Source of the DNA: Acidobacteriota bacterium | Lineage (GTDB): Bacteria; Acidobacteriota; UBA6911; RPQK01; JADFOI01 | Assembly (NCBI GenBank): GCA_963663035.1 | Contig: OY760074.1 | Coordinates: 288,001-352,000, forward strand | Reading direction: 5' to 3' | DNA: 64,000 bases | Shown: in pieces, positions 1 to 10,999 of the stretch | Layout: each line of letters begins with the position of its first letter | Numbering within the stretch: the first letter of the stretch is position 1 | The notes under the pieces: generated by a model | What the model saw: the letters and a program-made list of their open reading frames with translations, nothing else | What the model was told of the DNA's origin: nothing | The model's database searches: none | Translations under genes and position numbers: made by a program

Positions 1-2
1 TG

Positions 3-353
3 GGTGGAGCCCTACTGTCTCAAGGGAAGTGGGAAGAATCTTTACCGATCAATCTGCGCGCTGTGGAGATCCAACCGGACGATGCCCTGGCCCACTCCCA
101 ATTGGGGCAAAGTTACTTTTTTCTGGGTCAGCTGGACAGCGCCGAGAGACACTTGAAGCAGGCTAAGACGCTGGATCCCAGACATTTCTCCTACCCTCGG
201 CTGGTACTGGCTCAAATCTATCAGCTCAGACAGGACTCTGCATCCCTGGTGGGGGAGTTTGAGGAGTTCCTGCAGTACCACCCCGATTCGGAGCTTGTTC
301 CTCAGGTCACTGATTGGTTGAAGCAGGCTCGTGCCCGCGAGGGTGATCTCTAA
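3..353 (+). CDS. Tetratricopeptide-repeat protein, C-terminal part (5' end outside window)
   Basis: Frame open from position 3 (GGALLSQGKWEESLPINLRAVEIQPDDALAHSQLG...). TPR-like repeats PDDALAHSQLGQSYF, AKTLDP and LQYHPDS. Confidence 0.75.
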   Translation, partial: GGALLSQGKWEESLPINLRAVEIQPDDALAHSQLGQSYFFLGQLDSAERHLKQAKTLDPRHFSYPRLVLAQIYQLRQDSASLVGEFEEFLQYHPDSELVPQVTDWLKQARAREGDL

Positions 354-434
354 CCACGATTAACCATTGATTCTGACCACCTGAACGGTTAGCATGAGTG
401 AAGAAATCAACCGACCAAAAAGGAGCCAAGCGAG

Positions 435-2327
435 ATGAATAAGGCAATCTATCAAAGCATCGACCGGTATCTTTCCAAGCAGAGTTCCAGAAGGGATTTC
501 ATTCAAGCAGTGACTGCCGTGGGCATCTCCAGCCTGGCTGCCGAGTCCTTGCTGGCCTCTGTTCAGGTGGGCTTGGGAAGTGGCGATGAACTAGGCATGG
601 CTCCACCTCGGACGCTTGAAGGAACCGCCGGCTCCTTGCTGGTGGAGCAATTGAAAGCGGCTGGCGTGAAGTACATTTTCCATACCAACACCAGCGGCTT
701 GGTCACCATGACGGATGCAATCAACACAAATGAGATGCAGGTGATCATGCTCACTCATGAAGGACAAGCGGTATCAACGGCGCAGGGCTATGCCCTGGCC
801 AGTGGCGAGCTTGGGTATTTCATGGGAAGCAAGGTGGGAGTGGGGAATTCGATCAGCAATTTGTACAACGCTTGGAAGGATCGTACGCCGCTCATCATCA
901 GTTTTGGGCGTGCAGGTTTGAGAGGTCAGGCCGGACAGGATGGATTTGAAGAGTGGGATGACCATCTGAAACCCACAGAACCTTTTACTGCCTGGAGCTG
1001 GAGTTGTGTTGATGCCGGGTCCATGCCTCAGACGCTTCGCCGCGCCATGAAATTCGCATTTACACCTCCCGGGGCTCCTGTCACCTTGGACTTTCCATCC
1101 GATCTTCTCAGTGAAAAGGTGCGGTCTCCGATTTACAACATGGATCCAGCTCGTGTGCGTCCTGTGTTTCGCGCCAGTAGCGATCGGATCGAGAAAGCGG
1201 CCCAATTGTTGGCGGAAGCCAAGAGTCCTCTTTTTCTGGTGGGACCGGAGGTCACTCGCGGAAAAGCCAACCAGGCCATGTTGGATCTGGCTGAAAAGCT
1301 GTCCGTCCCCGTTTGTCAGGCGGATGGTCTTTTCTGTGACTTTCCCACCCATCATCCGCTCTTTATGCGGAGTTATTCCCGCAGCATGAGGTTCCCTCAA
1401 AACATCGATTTGGTGATCAACTTTGGAGCCAAGGGCGGAGGTTCGCCAGCAGGAGGCCGCTTGGTGCATGTGAGCAGCGATGCCGATATGATCGGAAAAA
1501 GGGGATACGCAGATCTTCCCATTCTCGCTCATGTCTCAACTGTGATCTCGGATCTTTCCGATGCCCTCGATGGCCTATTGACAGCGGATCGCATGAAGCG
1601 GCTGCGGTCGGAACGGTTGGTCAAGGCCAGTGACTTTAATCAGAAGCTGCGAACATCGAGAGAGATTGCACTGGAGGCGAAGTTTGACAGCACTCCAATG
1701 TCCTGGGAGCGGGTCGGTTTTGAGCTGGAAAAGGCCCTGGATAAGAATGCTGTCATCGTTCCAGAAATCGGCAGCGAGGGCCCCAAGGTGTTGGAAATCT
1801 TGAAGATGGGCCTTGAGGACAAATTGCAAATTGGACGCACAACTGGCTCAGCACTGGGTTGGGGGGTAGGAGCGGCACTGGGAGTGCAGTTGGCCCTACC
1901 GGAGCGCCAGGTCGTGGCGATGCAGGGTGACGGAGGTATTCTGTTCGGTCAAACCGAGACGCTGTGGAGCATTTCTCGCTATGATGCGCCTGTGCTCATC
2001 GTGGTGATGAATAACCACAGCTACAACGAAACCCGCAATCGCAACCTTTCCTTTGGTGGAAGGCAGTTCAAGAACGGCCAGGACTTAACCAGCTATTTGG
2101 GTAATCCCGACGTGGATTTTTCCAAGATAGCCGCTGCCTACAACATCCCAGGTGAGAAAGTCTTTGATCCCGACGATCTGGGTCCGGCCTTACAGCGGGC
2201 GCTAAAGACCATGCGCGAAGGCCGGCCCTATTTACTGGATCTGGAGGTGGAGCGGGACGGAATATTCAGTGAGAATACCTGGCATTCTCCATTCTCCATT
2301 GCTCAACTTCGCAACCAGAGAGGCTAA
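435..2327 (+). CDS. ThDP-dependent enzyme (benzoylformate decarboxylase/acetolactate synthase-like) with twin-arginine-like leader
   Basis: Catalytic Glu motif HEGQAVSTAQGYA, ThDP/Mg motif GDGG...MNN, GSALGWGVGAALG. N-terminus SRRDFIQAVTAVGISSLAA. AGGAG RBS upstream. Confidence 0.9.
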   Translation: MNKAIYQSIDRYLSKQSSRRDFIQAVTAVGISSLAAESLLASVQVGLGSGDELGMAPPRTLEGTAGSLLVEQLKAAGVKYIFHTNTSGLVTMTDAINTNEMQVIMLTHEGQAVSTAQGYALASGELGYFMGSKVGVGNSISNLYNAWKDRTPLIISFGRAGLRGQAGQDGFEEWDDHLKPTEPFTAWSWSCVDAGSMPQTLRRAMKFAFTPPGAPVTLDFPSDLLSEKVRSPIYNMDPARVRPVFRASSDRIEKAAQLLAEAKSPLFLVGPEVTRGKANQAMLDLAEKLSVPVCQADGLFCDFPTHHPLFMRSYSRSMRFPQNIDLVINFGAKGGGSPAGGRLVHVSSDADMIGKRGYADLPILAHVSTVISDLSDALDGLLTADRMKRLRSERLVKASDFNQKLRTSREIALEAKFDSTPMSWERVGFELEKALDKNAVIVPEIGSEGPKVLEILKMGLEDKLQIGRTTGSALGWGVGAALGVQLALPERQVVAMQGDGGILFGQTETLWSISRYDAPVLIVVMNNHSYNETRNRNLSFGGRQFKNGQDLTSYLGNPDVDFSKIAAAYNIPGEKVFDPDDLGPALQRALKTMREGRPYLLDLEVERDGIFSENTWHSPFSIAQLRNQRG

Positions 2328-2345
2328 GCGGAGGATTTCTGTTTT

Positions 2346-2927
2346 ATGGGTTGGAAGCACACTATTGGCCGATTATTTTTCCTCACCTGTGCTGGGCTAG
2401 CTGTTGTGGTGATGGCCTCTCAATATGTTGGCATGGGCAAGGGCTCTCCTGGCCCAACTACCAGTAACCTGTCGTCCCTTCTGCAAGAGCCAGAGGGCAG
2501 CCAAGTCTTTGGCCTGGCTTGCACGGGGTGTCATGGCCTGCGCGAAACGCAGCTCCAAGGAAAAACGGCTGATCAGTGGAGGAACACAGTGTACTCCATG
2601 ATCTCCAGGGGAGCCCCTTTGATGCCCGATGAGATTGAACCCCTGACCGAGTATCTGGCAGCTACCTATGGCTCCGATTCGCCTCCTCCCAGCTCAGGTG
2701 GCGAAAGCTCCCAGGCCGGAACAGCACTTCCTGAAGGCCCGGGTCGAAGCATCCTTGTAAGCAGCTGCGCCAGCTGCCATGGCCTGGACATACCCCTCAA
2801 CTCGCGCAAGTCTGAAGCTGAATGGAAACGGACGATCGGCGACATGATTGACTTTGGTGCCAAGGTAACGCCACAGGAGCAGGAAATTCTGGCCAAATAT
2901 GCAGCTCAGCATTTTGGCCGCAGGTGA
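2346..2927 (+). CDS. Exported diheme c-type cytochrome
   Basis: N-terminal hydrophobic segment, two CxxCH motifs (CTGCH, CASCH) in two similar domains, each with W...M downstream. Confidence 0.85.
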   Translation: MGWKHTIGRLFFLTCAGLAVVVMASQYVGMGKGSPGPTTSNLSSLLQEPEGSQVFGLACTGCHGLRETQLQGKTADQWRNTVYSMISRGAPLMPDEIEPLTEYLAATYGSDSPPPSSGGESSQAGTALPEGPGRSILVSSCASCHGLDIPLNSRKSEAEWKRTIGDMIDFGAKVTPQEQEILAKYAAQHFGRR

Positions 2928-4471
2928 CAGCTAGGTTGCGGATTCTGAGTACAATTTCTCCTGGGATTAGCAGATTGCGTTTACAGAGAATGAGACAGGG
3001 TCCAGCCTGGTCACCGAGCTTACTGCGGCTGGCTCTCCTGGTGGCAGTCCCGGCGTTGCTTCTGCTCTCCGCTGCGACTTTTCAGACTGAACCTTCCGCC
3101 GTCGAAACGAATTCTCCTTCTGGGCCAGCCACGGTTTTTCGAGTGCCCATTGAGGGCATGGTCGACCTCGGCATGGCTCCTTTCGTGGCCCGAGTGATCG
3201 AAGAAGCTTCTTCAGCGGAGAACGGCGTCGTGCTTCTGGATATCAACACCTTCGGCGGCCGGGTGGACGCGGCTGTGATGATACGGGACGAGCTCATCGG
3301 CAGCTCAATCCCTACCATCGCCTTCATCAACCCGCGGGCGATCTCGGCGGGAGCGTTGATTTCTCTGGCCTGCGAGACCATTGCCATCACCGACGGCGGT
3401 ACCATTGGAGCGGCAACCCCCATCACCGGTGGCGCAACAGAGGAGCCGGAGGTTGCGGACGAAAAATTCATGTCCTACATGCGCACCGAGATGCGAGCGA
3501 CGGCGGAACGCCGTGGTCGGCCCGGTGATGTCGCCGAGGCGATGGTGGACCCGGACGTCTCAATCGAAGGGCTGATCGAAAAGGGCAAGGTGCTGACCCT
3601 GACCACCGACGATGCCCTTCGGGTCCAGGTGGCCGACTTTCAAGCAGAAACGATGACCGATGTCCTCGCAGAGCTTGGATTTGCCGATGCCGTCATCGTC
3701 GATAGGGCGTTCAACTGGGCGGAGGAAGTGGGCCGGGCGGTGTCCAATCCGATAGTCAGCTCCTTCCTTCTCAGCCTCGGATTCCTGGGTATCATGCTTG
3801 AGCTCTACCAGCCCGGCTGGGGTATTCCCGGATCAGTTGGCCTTGCCTGTTTGCTCATCTTTTTCTTCGGGCATCAGGTGGTCCAACTTGCGGGCAACGA
3901 AGAGATTCTCCTGTTCGTGGTGGGGGTGGCGCTAGTGCTCTTAGAGGTGCTCGTGATCCCAGGCTTCGGCATCGCCGGGATAGCGGGCCTCGCCATCATA
4001 TTGGTGGCGGTGCTTCTCTCTCTGATTGGCCTCGACTTCCGGGTGTCCTGGGATCTGGGTTTCGTCAACCGGGCTCTGGTCATTCTTTCATCCTCGATCG
4101 TGATGACTCTGGGCGGCGGCTTCCTAATCTTGCGACTCCTTCCCGCGACAGGCGTGACACGACGTTTCGTGCTCAAGACGGCGCTCCGGGCGGAAGAAGG
4201 GTTCAGCTCGCATTCAGCGGAGACGGAGAGGGCCCTGCCTGAAGGAACGACAGGCACGGCACTAACCGACCTCAGACCGGCAGGAAAGATCCGTGCCGAG
4301 GGAAAACGTGTGGACGCGGTCTCCGAGGGGGGCTTCATCCAGGTGGGCGCGAAGGTGGTTATCGTCTCCTGGCGATCCGGTGAAGCGGTAGTGCGCCAGC
4401 AAGTGTCCCCCGATGAAGAGTTCGAGGGCGACCCCACCCAGGACACCAACCAAGACGAGGTGGAATCGTGA
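2924..4471 (+). CDS. nfeD: NfeD family membrane-bound serine protease (long form, YqeZ-like); start uncertain
   Basis: ClpP-like domain (DINTFGGRVD, AISAGALI, TIGAATP), TM block, C-terminal OB domain LTDLRPAGK...DAVSEG. Confidence 0.9.
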   Translation: MTARLRILSTISPGISRLRLQRMRQGPAWSPSLLRLALLVAVPALLLLSAATFQTEPSAVETNSPSGPATVFRVPIEGMVDLGMAPFVARVIEEASSAENGVVLLDINTFGGRVDAAVMIRDELIGSSIPTIAFINPRAISAGALISLACETIAITDGGTIGAATPITGGATEEPEVADEKFMSYMRTEMRATAERRGRPGDVAEAMVDPDVSIEGLIEKGKVLTLTTDDALRVQVADFQAETMTDVLAELGFADAVIVDRAFNWAEEVGRAVSNPIVSSFLLSLGFLGIMLELYQPGWGIPGSVGLACLLIFFFGHQVVQLAGNEEILLFVVGVALVLLEVLVIPGFGIAGIAGLAIILVAVLLSLIGLDFRVSWDLGFVNRALVILSSSIVMTLGGGFLILRLLPATGVTRRFVLKTALRAEEGFSSHSAETERALPEGTTGTALTDLRPAGKIRAEGKRVDAVSEGGFIQVGAKVVIVSWRSGEAVVRQQVSPDEEFEGDPTQDTNQDEVES

Positions 4472-4980
4472 CCGACCACTTCGTCATTGTTGCCGCCCTG
4501 CTGGTGGCAGGTTACGTGTTGATGGCGATGGAAGTCTTCGTCATCCCCGGAGTTGGAGTCGGCGGAATCGGTGGAAGCCTCTGTCTGGGCGCGGGCTGCT
4601 GGCTCGCCTTCCGCTGGTTCGGCCCGCTGCAGGGGACTGTCGCTGTGGTCTTTGTCGTGGCGACGACGACCGCATTTATGATCTGGATTCCTCGCAGCCG
4701 TTACGGTCGCGATATCGTGCATAAGACGACCCTGGCCGAAGCATACGCGGGAGATTCGAACTTAACCGTCGGGCAGATCGGCGAGGCGGAGTCCGATCTG
4801 CGGCCTGCAGGGATCGCTCGGTTCGGTGAGCAACGGGAGAGCGTAGTCACCGAAGGCGACTACGTACCCGCCGGTAGCCTCGTCTCGGTGATCGAGGTTC
4901 GAGGTTCAGAAATTGTCGTGGAATTCGCACAGAAAACCACAAACGGGGTACCGCACAAGGAACCCCAGGGAGGTAGCTGA
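4468..4980 (+). CDS. NfeD family protein, short form (TM + OB-fold)
   Basis: [15 protein letters not shown] membrane motif and [12 protein letters not shown]...VVTEGDY; start overlaps the nfeD stop. Confidence 0.85.
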   Translation: MTDHFVIVAALLVAGYVLMAMEVFVIPGVGVGGIGGSLCLGAGCWLAFRWFGPLQGTVAVVFVVATTTAFMIWIPRSRYGRDIVHKTTLAEAYAGDSNLTVGQIGEAESDLRPAGIARFGEQRESVVTEGDYVPAGSLVSVIEVRGSEIVVEFAQKTTNGVPHKEPQGGS

Positions 4981-5972
4981 TGGAAGGTTCACTTTTTGCC
5001 CTAACCTTGTTCGCTCTGGTGATCTTTGGTTTCATCATGTACTTTGTTCCCCTCGGACTATGGATCGCCGCCTTCTCATCCGGCGCCTACGTGGGGATCG
5101 GTACGCTCATAGCGATGCGTTTACGCCGTGTGCCTCCCGGGGTCATCGTCAAGCCGCGCATCAGTGCCGTCAAAGCGGGGCTCTCGATTAGCGTCGACGA
5201 GCTGGAGGCTCATTATCTCGCCGGAGGGAACGTGGAACGTGTGGTCAACGCACTCATCTCGGCCGACAAAGCGAAGATGGAGATCGACTTCGCCAGAGCC
5301 ACGGCTATTGATCTGGCCGGTCGCGACGTTTTAGAAGCGGTTCAGATGAGTGTCAATCCGAAAGTGATCACAACACCAAAGGTAGCTGCTGTAGCCAAGG
5401 ACGGCATCCAGCTCATCGCCCAAAGCCGGGTCACAGTGCGCGCTGACCTCGAGCGCCTGGTCGGCGGTGCTGGAGAAGAGACTATCGTGGCAAGGGTCGG
5501 AGAAGGCGTGGTCTCTACCATCGGCTCCGCCGAGACCCACAAAAAAGTCTTGGAGAACCCCGACCAGATTTCCAAAACCGTTCTCGCCAAAGGTCTCGAT
5601 GCAGGCACGGCTTTCCAGATCCTCTCGATCGACATTGCCGATGTGGACGTGGGAGCCAACATCGGCGCCAAGCTGCAAACAGAGCAGGCGGAGGCCGACA
5701 AGCAAATCGCCCAGGCCCGTGCCGAAGGTCGTCGCGCTATGGCGGTCGCCCAGGAGCAGGAGATGAGAGCGCGGGTGCACGAGATGCGGGCCAAGGTCGT
5801 GGAAGCCGAGGCCGAGGTCCCCTTGGCCATGTCGCAAGCCTTCCGAGATGGCAATTTGGGTGTGATGGACTACTACAACATGAAGAACATCGCCTCGGAT
5901 ACGGGAATGCGAGATTCCATCTCACGGTCCGTAGAGCCGGAAGACGACTCCGGGAAGGGTGAGAATGAGTAA
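4980..5972 (+). CDS. floA: Flotillin-like protein FloA (YqfA/UPF0365)
   Basis: [57 protein letters not shown]; follows nfeD as in Bacillus yqeZ-yqfA. Confidence 0.95.
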   Translation: MEGSLFALTLFALVIFGFIMYFVPLGLWIAAFSSGAYVGIGTLIAMRLRRVPPGVIVKPRISAVKAGLSISVDELEAHYLAGGNVERVVNALISADKAKMEIDFARATAIDLAGRDVLEAVQMSVNPKVITTPKVAAVAKDGIQLIAQSRVTVRADLERLVGGAGEETIVARVGEGVVSTIGSAETHKKVLENPDQISKTVLAKGLDAGTAFQILSIDIADVDVGANIGAKLQTEQAEADKQIAQARAEGRRAMAVAQEQEMRARVHEMRAKVVEAEAEVPLAMSQAFRDGNLGVMDYYNMKNIASDTGMRDSISRSVEPEDDSGKGENE

Positions 5973-6186
5973 GAAAGTGATTGAGCGCCGCCGGGCCAGC
6001 CGGATTCTTTCGGCCATTCCCGAATCACCGCTTCTGGTCAAACCGTTGACTGACCCGGCGACGCTGCTGGACCGTCTGGTGCTCACGCTTGCGCTGGCTC
6101 CTCCGCAGGCCTTGGCGAGAAGAAAGACACCAGCAGCGAGTCGGGTCGATAACCAGAAGACGCCTGGCGAAGTGAGTCGAGGCTGA
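5959..6186 (+). CDS. Small hypothetical protein in the floA operon
   Basis: ORF overlapping the floA end and filling the gap to the next gene; no recognisable motif. Confidence 0.4.
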   Translation: MRMSKKVIERRRASRILSAIPESPLLVKPLTDPATLLDRLVLTLALAPPQALARRKTPAASRVDNQKTPGEVSRG

Positions 6187-6192
6187 GAATCG

Positions 6193-6612
6193 ATGGAATT
6201 CAGTGATCTCGTCTATTTAGTTGTCTTCATCCTGTGGCTTCTCAAGGATCTCTTTTCTAAAAAGAAGCCGTCCGCCCCGCCCAGCGAGTCCCGCCCAATT
6301 GTGCCCGTCGACGCGCATCCCTCGTTCCAGAGAGTTCCCAAGCCTCCAACCTTAAAGGCGGCTTCAACAGAGGCGGCTGAAACGGAAGCCGTTTTGGAAG
6401 CGCCAGAGCGACGCCAAGTGGTGCATCAGGGGTTCTATAGGTCGGTCCCCAGGAAGGAACCCAAGAGAGTCCCAGCCGAAGTGCGGCCGGTTCCACCAGA
6501 GCCGGTCCCACCGGAGTCGGTCCGCATGGACCGATCGATGATCGCCCGTCAAGTCACGGAAGCCTTGCTTCTGGGCGACATCTTGCTCAGACCGCGGAGT
6601 CGGGGTAGGTGA
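6193..6612 (+). CDS. Single-TM Pro-rich hypothetical protein (positionally YqfB-like)
   Basis: N-terminal TM helix, disordered linker, C-terminal EALLLGDILLRPR motif. Confidence 0.6.
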   Translation: MEFSDLVYLVVFILWLLKDLFSKKKPSAPPSESRPIVPVDAHPSFQRVPKPPTLKAASTEAAETEAVLEAPERRQVVHQGFYRSVPRKEPKRVPAEVRPVPPEPVPPESVRMDRSMIARQVTEALLLGDILLRPRSRGR

Positions 6613-6689
6613 GCGATACGCCCTGACCCTCGCGTCCAAGACCTGTTGGAACATTAATCCCTTTTGAGCGTAAGATTGATGGGTGTGGT

Positions 6690-7874
6690 TTGTCCGATGA
6701 GGTATTTCCTTTGAAGAAGCTTCTTTTGATTCTATTTGTGGGAATGTTCCTGGCGGTGCTGGGTTTTCGTCTTTACCAGGAGCTGTCTGGAGGCGAGGTT
6801 GCGGCAGGCGGCGGACCCTTTGGAGGTGGCAGACCCTTTGAAGGTGAGGCGCCCTCCTTGCTGGTGGACATGGCTGTAGTCCAGACGCATCGCTTTGAAA
6901 CGACGCTTGAAATCCTGGGCGAGCTGGAACCCCAGGCTGAGGTGGCCGTGATGTCTCGGGTCAGCGGTCGTCTGCAGCAGGTTTTGGTGGAGCGCGGAGA
7001 GGCAGTCAAGGAAGGACAGCTGCTGGCCGTGGTGGACGATGTGGACTTACAGCAGCAGACCCACCGGGCCGAGGCGGCTATTGCCATTGCCCGTGCTGGA
7101 GTCAGCCGGGAACAGGCCACCTCCCGCAATTTACTCATCCAGGTTGAACGCTATCGGGACCTCCATAGAGAGGCACTGATTTCAACGCAGGAGATGGAAG
7201 AGCTGGAAAGCCGAGTGAGCGTCGCCCAGGCCCAGCTGGAGCTGGCGATGGCTCAAGTCCAGCAGGCCGAGGCCTCTTTAAGTGAGCTGAGAGTCCAGCA
7301 GGAACAAACCCAAATCTATTCGCCCCTGGAAGGATTCGTGGGTACCCGCTACCTGGATCCGGGAGCTCTGGTGAGTCCCAGTGTGTCGATTTTGTCTGTC
7401 TTGCAAGTGAGTCGGCTCAAGACGGTGGTACCTGTGTCTGAGAGAGCAATCCGACAGGTGCGGGTCGGCTTGCCTGCTGAGATTACTGTCGATGCCTATC
7501 CGGATCAAATACACAAGGGCACCCTCACCCGCATCACTCCTTTCCTGAACCCGGACACTCGCAGTGTGGACGTGGAAATCGAAGTTGCAAATCCCAACCA
7601 TACGTTAAAACCGGGAATGTTCGCCCGTGTGAAGATTGATGCCAGAATTCCCCGGGATGCTCTCAGCATTCCGCGCTCTGCACTCCTGACTCGCGGGAGT
7701 CAAAAAGGGGTGTATTTGCTCGACGAGGACATGACCACTGTCTTTCAATCCATCCAGATTGGCCAGATCAAAGGGGACGTGGTGGAGGTGCTTGACGGGT
7801 TAGAAGAAGGTGATGGAGTTGTGAGTGCGGGAGCTCAGAGCCTGAACGAGGGGGACCTGGTGAGGCTGCCATGA
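6690..7874 (+). CDS. RND efflux periplasmic adaptor (membrane fusion protein)
   Basis: SRVSGRLQQVLVERGEAVKEGQLL lipoyl motif, coiled hairpin, IYSPLEGFV, LKPGMFARV. Confidence 0.93.
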   Translation: MSDEVFPLKKLLLILFVGMFLAVLGFRLYQELSGGEVAAGGGPFGGGRPFEGEAPSLLVDMAVVQTHRFETTLEILGELEPQAEVAVMSRVSGRLQQVLVERGEAVKEGQLLAVVDDVDLQQQTHRAEAAIAIARAGVSREQATSRNLLIQVERYRDLHREALISTQEMEELESRVSVAQAQLELAMAQVQQAEASLSELRVQQEQTQIYSPLEGFVGTRYLDPGALVSPSVSILSVLQVSRLKTVVPVSERAIRQVRVGLPAEITVDAYPDQIHKGTLTRITPFLNPDTRSVDVEIEVANPNHTLKPGMFARVKIDARIPRDALSIPRSALLTRGSQKGVYLLDEDMTTVFQSIQIGQIKGDVVEVLDGLEEGDGVVSAGAQSLNEGDLVRLP

Positions 7875-10800
7875 ATCTTCCTGATTTAGCGATTCGTCGT
7901 CCCGTTTTCATCACTGTTGTTTTTCTCATCGTTACGCTCCTGGGTGGGATCTCATTCTGGCAGCTTCCGGTCGATTTGATGCCGGATGTCTCTTTCCCGA
8001 CCCTTTCGGTTCAAACCAGTTATTCCGGTGTTGGGCCTGAGGAGATGGAAGAGCTGGTCAGCATTCCACTGGAGCGGGCACTTTCCTCGACTCCGGGGGT
8101 TGAGGAAATCACTTCCACATCCTCGGAGGGAAGCAGTCAGATTCGTTTGTCCTTTTCCTGGGGCACTGACCTGGATTCTGCCTCTGACGAAATCCGAACC
8201 CGGCTCGATCGGGTACGTGGCCAACTTCCCGAAGATGCCAGCGCTCCCACCGTATTCAAGTTTGATGTGAGTGCCTTCCCCATCATGTTTTTGGGTATTT
8301 CCGGGGACATGAATCCACGAGAGCTGAGGGAGTTTACCGACAGGCAGCTTCAATATCGGTTTGAACGGATTCCGGGAGTTGCCCAGGCCGATGTCTGGGG
8401 CGGATTAGAGCGTGAGATCCACGTTAATCTGGACCGTGCCAAGCTGCATGCACTTCGGATTAGCCCCGCCCAGGTCATGGCGGCGTTGCGCCGCGAGAAC
8501 GTGAATGAGCCGGTTGGAAAGGTTGTGGAAGGCGATTTTGAAGTGCTGATGCGCACTGCAGGAGAGTATGTCTCTCTGGGGGAGATCGAGCGAACCATGG
8601 TGACGCTGCGACAGGGACAGCCGGTGTACGTGGACGACATTGCCCAGGTGGAGGACAGTTCACAGGAAATTCGAAATGTGGTGCGAGTCAATGGCCTCCC
8701 TGGACTCCGGATGGGGGTCTGGAAGCAGGCAGGAGTCAACACGGTGGAGGTGGCCAAAGAAGTCCAGAAGGAAATCGAGAGAGCCAACCGTGATTTTCCA
8801 CAGATTCAGATTAGCTCGATTATCGACACTTCCACCTTCATAGAAAGTGCCGTGGCAAACGTGAGGAACGTTGCCCTGTATGGCTCCGTTCTGGCGGTTT
8901 TCATCCTCCTGCTTTTTCTTCGGAATTTACGAAGTACGCTGGTGGTCGCTATTTCCATTCCTATCTCGGTGATCGCCGCCTTCGGTTTGATGTATTTCTA
9001 CGGGTTTACTTTGAACATCATCACCTTCGGAGGGATGGCCTTGGGAGTCGGCGTTCTGGTGGATAACGCCATCGTCGTGCTGGAGAACATCTTCCGACAC
9101 CGACAGGATGGCATGGAGAAGAAGGAAGCAGCCCGCCAGGGCACCCAAGAAGTGGCCATGGCCATCACCGCCTCCACTTTGACGACCATTGTTGTGTTCT
9201 TACCGGTCGTCTTTATAAGTGGTGTGGCGGGAATCATTTTTCAGCAGCTGGCCTGGGTGGTGTCTTTTTCGCTCTTCAGTTCACTGTTGGTGTCCCTCAC
9301 CCTGATTCCCCTTCTTTCCAGTCGATTTGTTCGGGTCAGGGAACCCAATCCTGACAGCTGGAGCTACGGGCTGGTTCACAGAATGTCTGTGTGGTTGGAA
9401 GCTCTCGACAAAAGTTATGCCCGCGCCATTGGGTTCTCTCTGAGGCATCGGGGGCTGATCATTGGCGCAACCCTGGCCTTGTTGTTTTCCAGTTTCTTGC
9501 TCCTGCCATTTATCGGGTTGGAGTTGGAGCCACAAACGGATCAGGGTGAGGTTCAAATTAATCTGGAGCTGCCGGAAGGAACCCGGCTCGAGGTCACCGA
9601 GCAGTTTGCTCTTCGTGCCGAGGAGATTATTCAGGAGCAGGTACCGGAGGTCGTAAACCTCATGACCGAGGTGGGCTCAAGCGGTGGTTGGCAAAGTGCC
9701 AGTGTCCACACGGCCTCGATCCGTTTGAGTCTGGTTCCTCAGTCGGAGCGAGTGCGGAGTAGTCAGGAAATTGCTCAGGCCCTGCAGCCGGCTTTTGACC
9801 AGTTCCCCGGTGTGATTTCACGAATCCGTGCCGGAGGAGGCGGTTTTATGATGCGAAGGGGTCAGGGTGGTGGAGACCGCCTGTCCCTGAACATTCGAGG
9901 CTATGACATATCCGAGAGTGGCGCCCTGGCGGTCCGGCTCAAGAGGTTGATGGAATCGATTGAAGGGGTCTCGGATGCCCGTCTCAGTCGAAGTGCTGGG
10001 CGTCCCGAAAGCCAAATTCTGATCGACCGAGACAAGGCGGCAACCATGGGACTTTCAGTCTCTGATATCGCCACCACCATCCGGACCAGTGTTGGGGGTA
10101 CAACGGCCACTTATTACAGAGAAGGAGGCGAGGAGTACCGGATTCTGGTCCGTTACCAGGAAAAAGACCGGTTGAGCAGCGAAGATGTGATGGCCATTCC
10201 CATCCAGACCCCCAGCGGACTGGTGGTCCCGCTCCGATCTCTGGTCCGATTGGAACGCAGTGAGGGCCCTCTGGCGATCCAGCGAAAGGATCAGCAGAGA
10301 ATCGTCACTGTTTCGGGCAACCTCTCAGGATCGCGTGACCTGGGATCTGTTGTGGCGGAGTTAGAAGGAAAAATTCGCTCTCTGAATGTGCCTCCTGGTA
10401 TGGCCATTGTTTTTACCGGTGAGTGGGAAGAACAGCAGGAGGCATTCTTCTACCTCCAGCTCAGTTTCCTCCTGGCCGTGCTCCTGGTTTACCTGGTCAT
10501 GGCCGCCCAGTTCGAGTCCTTCAAATATCCCTTTCTGATCATGTTCTCCCTACCCCTGGCCTCCATTGGGGTGATCATGGCGCTCTTTCTGACCGATACG
10601 ACCTTTAGTATTCAAGCTTTCGTAGGCGTGATCATGCTGGTGGGGATCGCCGTGAACAATGCCATCGTGATGGTGGATTATGTCCTGCAGCTCCAGCGCA
10701 ATCACGGATTCTCTCTGGTGGATTCTCTGGTGACGGGAGGGCGTCGGCGACTGCGCCCCATCCTGATGACAACGCTCACCACAGTTTTAGGACTGACGCC

Positions 10801-10999
10801 CATGGCCCTGGGCATTGGCGAGGGATCAGAACTGCAGGCTCCAATGGCTCGGGTTCTGATTGGCGGGCTCATTTCCTCTACCTTCATTACCCTGTTCCTT
10901 GTACCCACTCTCTTTATGACCATGGAGAGAGTGCGCTTCGGGCGTGGCCAGAAAAAAATGACCTCTGCAGCCGAACCTGCCATGGGCCAGGCCTCGTGA
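7871..10999 (+). CDS. RND efflux permease (AcrB/AcrD/AcrF family)
   Basis: 1042 aa; [44 protein letters not shown]. Confidence 0.95.
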   Translation: MNLPDLAIRRPVFITVVFLIVTLLGGISFWQLPVDLMPDVSFPTLSVQTSYSGVGPEEMEELVSIPLERALSSTPGVEEITSTSSEGSSQIRLSFSWGTDLDSASDEIRTRLDRVRGQLPEDASAPTVFKFDVSAFPIMFLGISGDMNPRELREFTDRQLQYRFERIPGVAQADVWGGLEREIHVNLDRAKLHALRISPAQVMAALRRENVNEPVGKVVEGDFEVLMRTAGEYVSLGEIERTMVTLRQGQPVYVDDIAQVEDSSQEIRNVVRVNGLPGLRMGVWKQAGVNTVEVAKEVQKEIERANRDFPQIQISSIIDTSTFIESAVANVRNVALYGSVLAVFILLLFLRNLRSTLVVAISIPISVIAAFGLMYFYGFTLNIITFGGMALGVGVLVDNAIVVLENIFRHRQDGMEKKEAARQGTQEVAMAITASTLTTIVVFLPVVFISGVAGIIFQQLAWVVSFSLFSSLLVSLTLIPLLSSRFVRVREPNPDSWSYGLVHRMSVWLEALDKSYARAIGFSLRHRGLIIGATLALLFSSFLLLPFIGLELEPQTDQGEVQINLELPEGTRLEVTEQFALRAEEIIQEQVPEVVNLMTEVGSSGGWQSASVHTASIRLSLVPQSERVRSSQEIAQALQPAFDQFPGVISRIRAGGGGFMMRRGQGGGDRLSLNIRGYDISESGALAVRLKRLMESIEGVSDARLSRSAGRPESQILIDRDKAATMGLSVSDIATTIRTSVGGTTATYYREGGEEYRILVRYQEKDRLSSEDVMAIPIQTPSGLVVPLRSLVRLERSEGPLAIQRKDQQRIVTVSGNLSGSRDLGSVVAELEGKIRSLNVPPGMAIVFTGEWEEQQEAFFYLQLSFLLAVLLVYLVMAAQFESFKYPFLIMFSLPLASIGVIMALFLTDTTFSIQAFVGVIMLVGIAVNNAIVMVDYVLQLQRNHGFSLVDSLVTGGRRRLRPILMTTLTTVLGLTPMALGIGEGSELQAPMARVLIGGLISSTFITLFLVPTLFMTMERVRFGRGQKKMTSAAEPAMGQAS

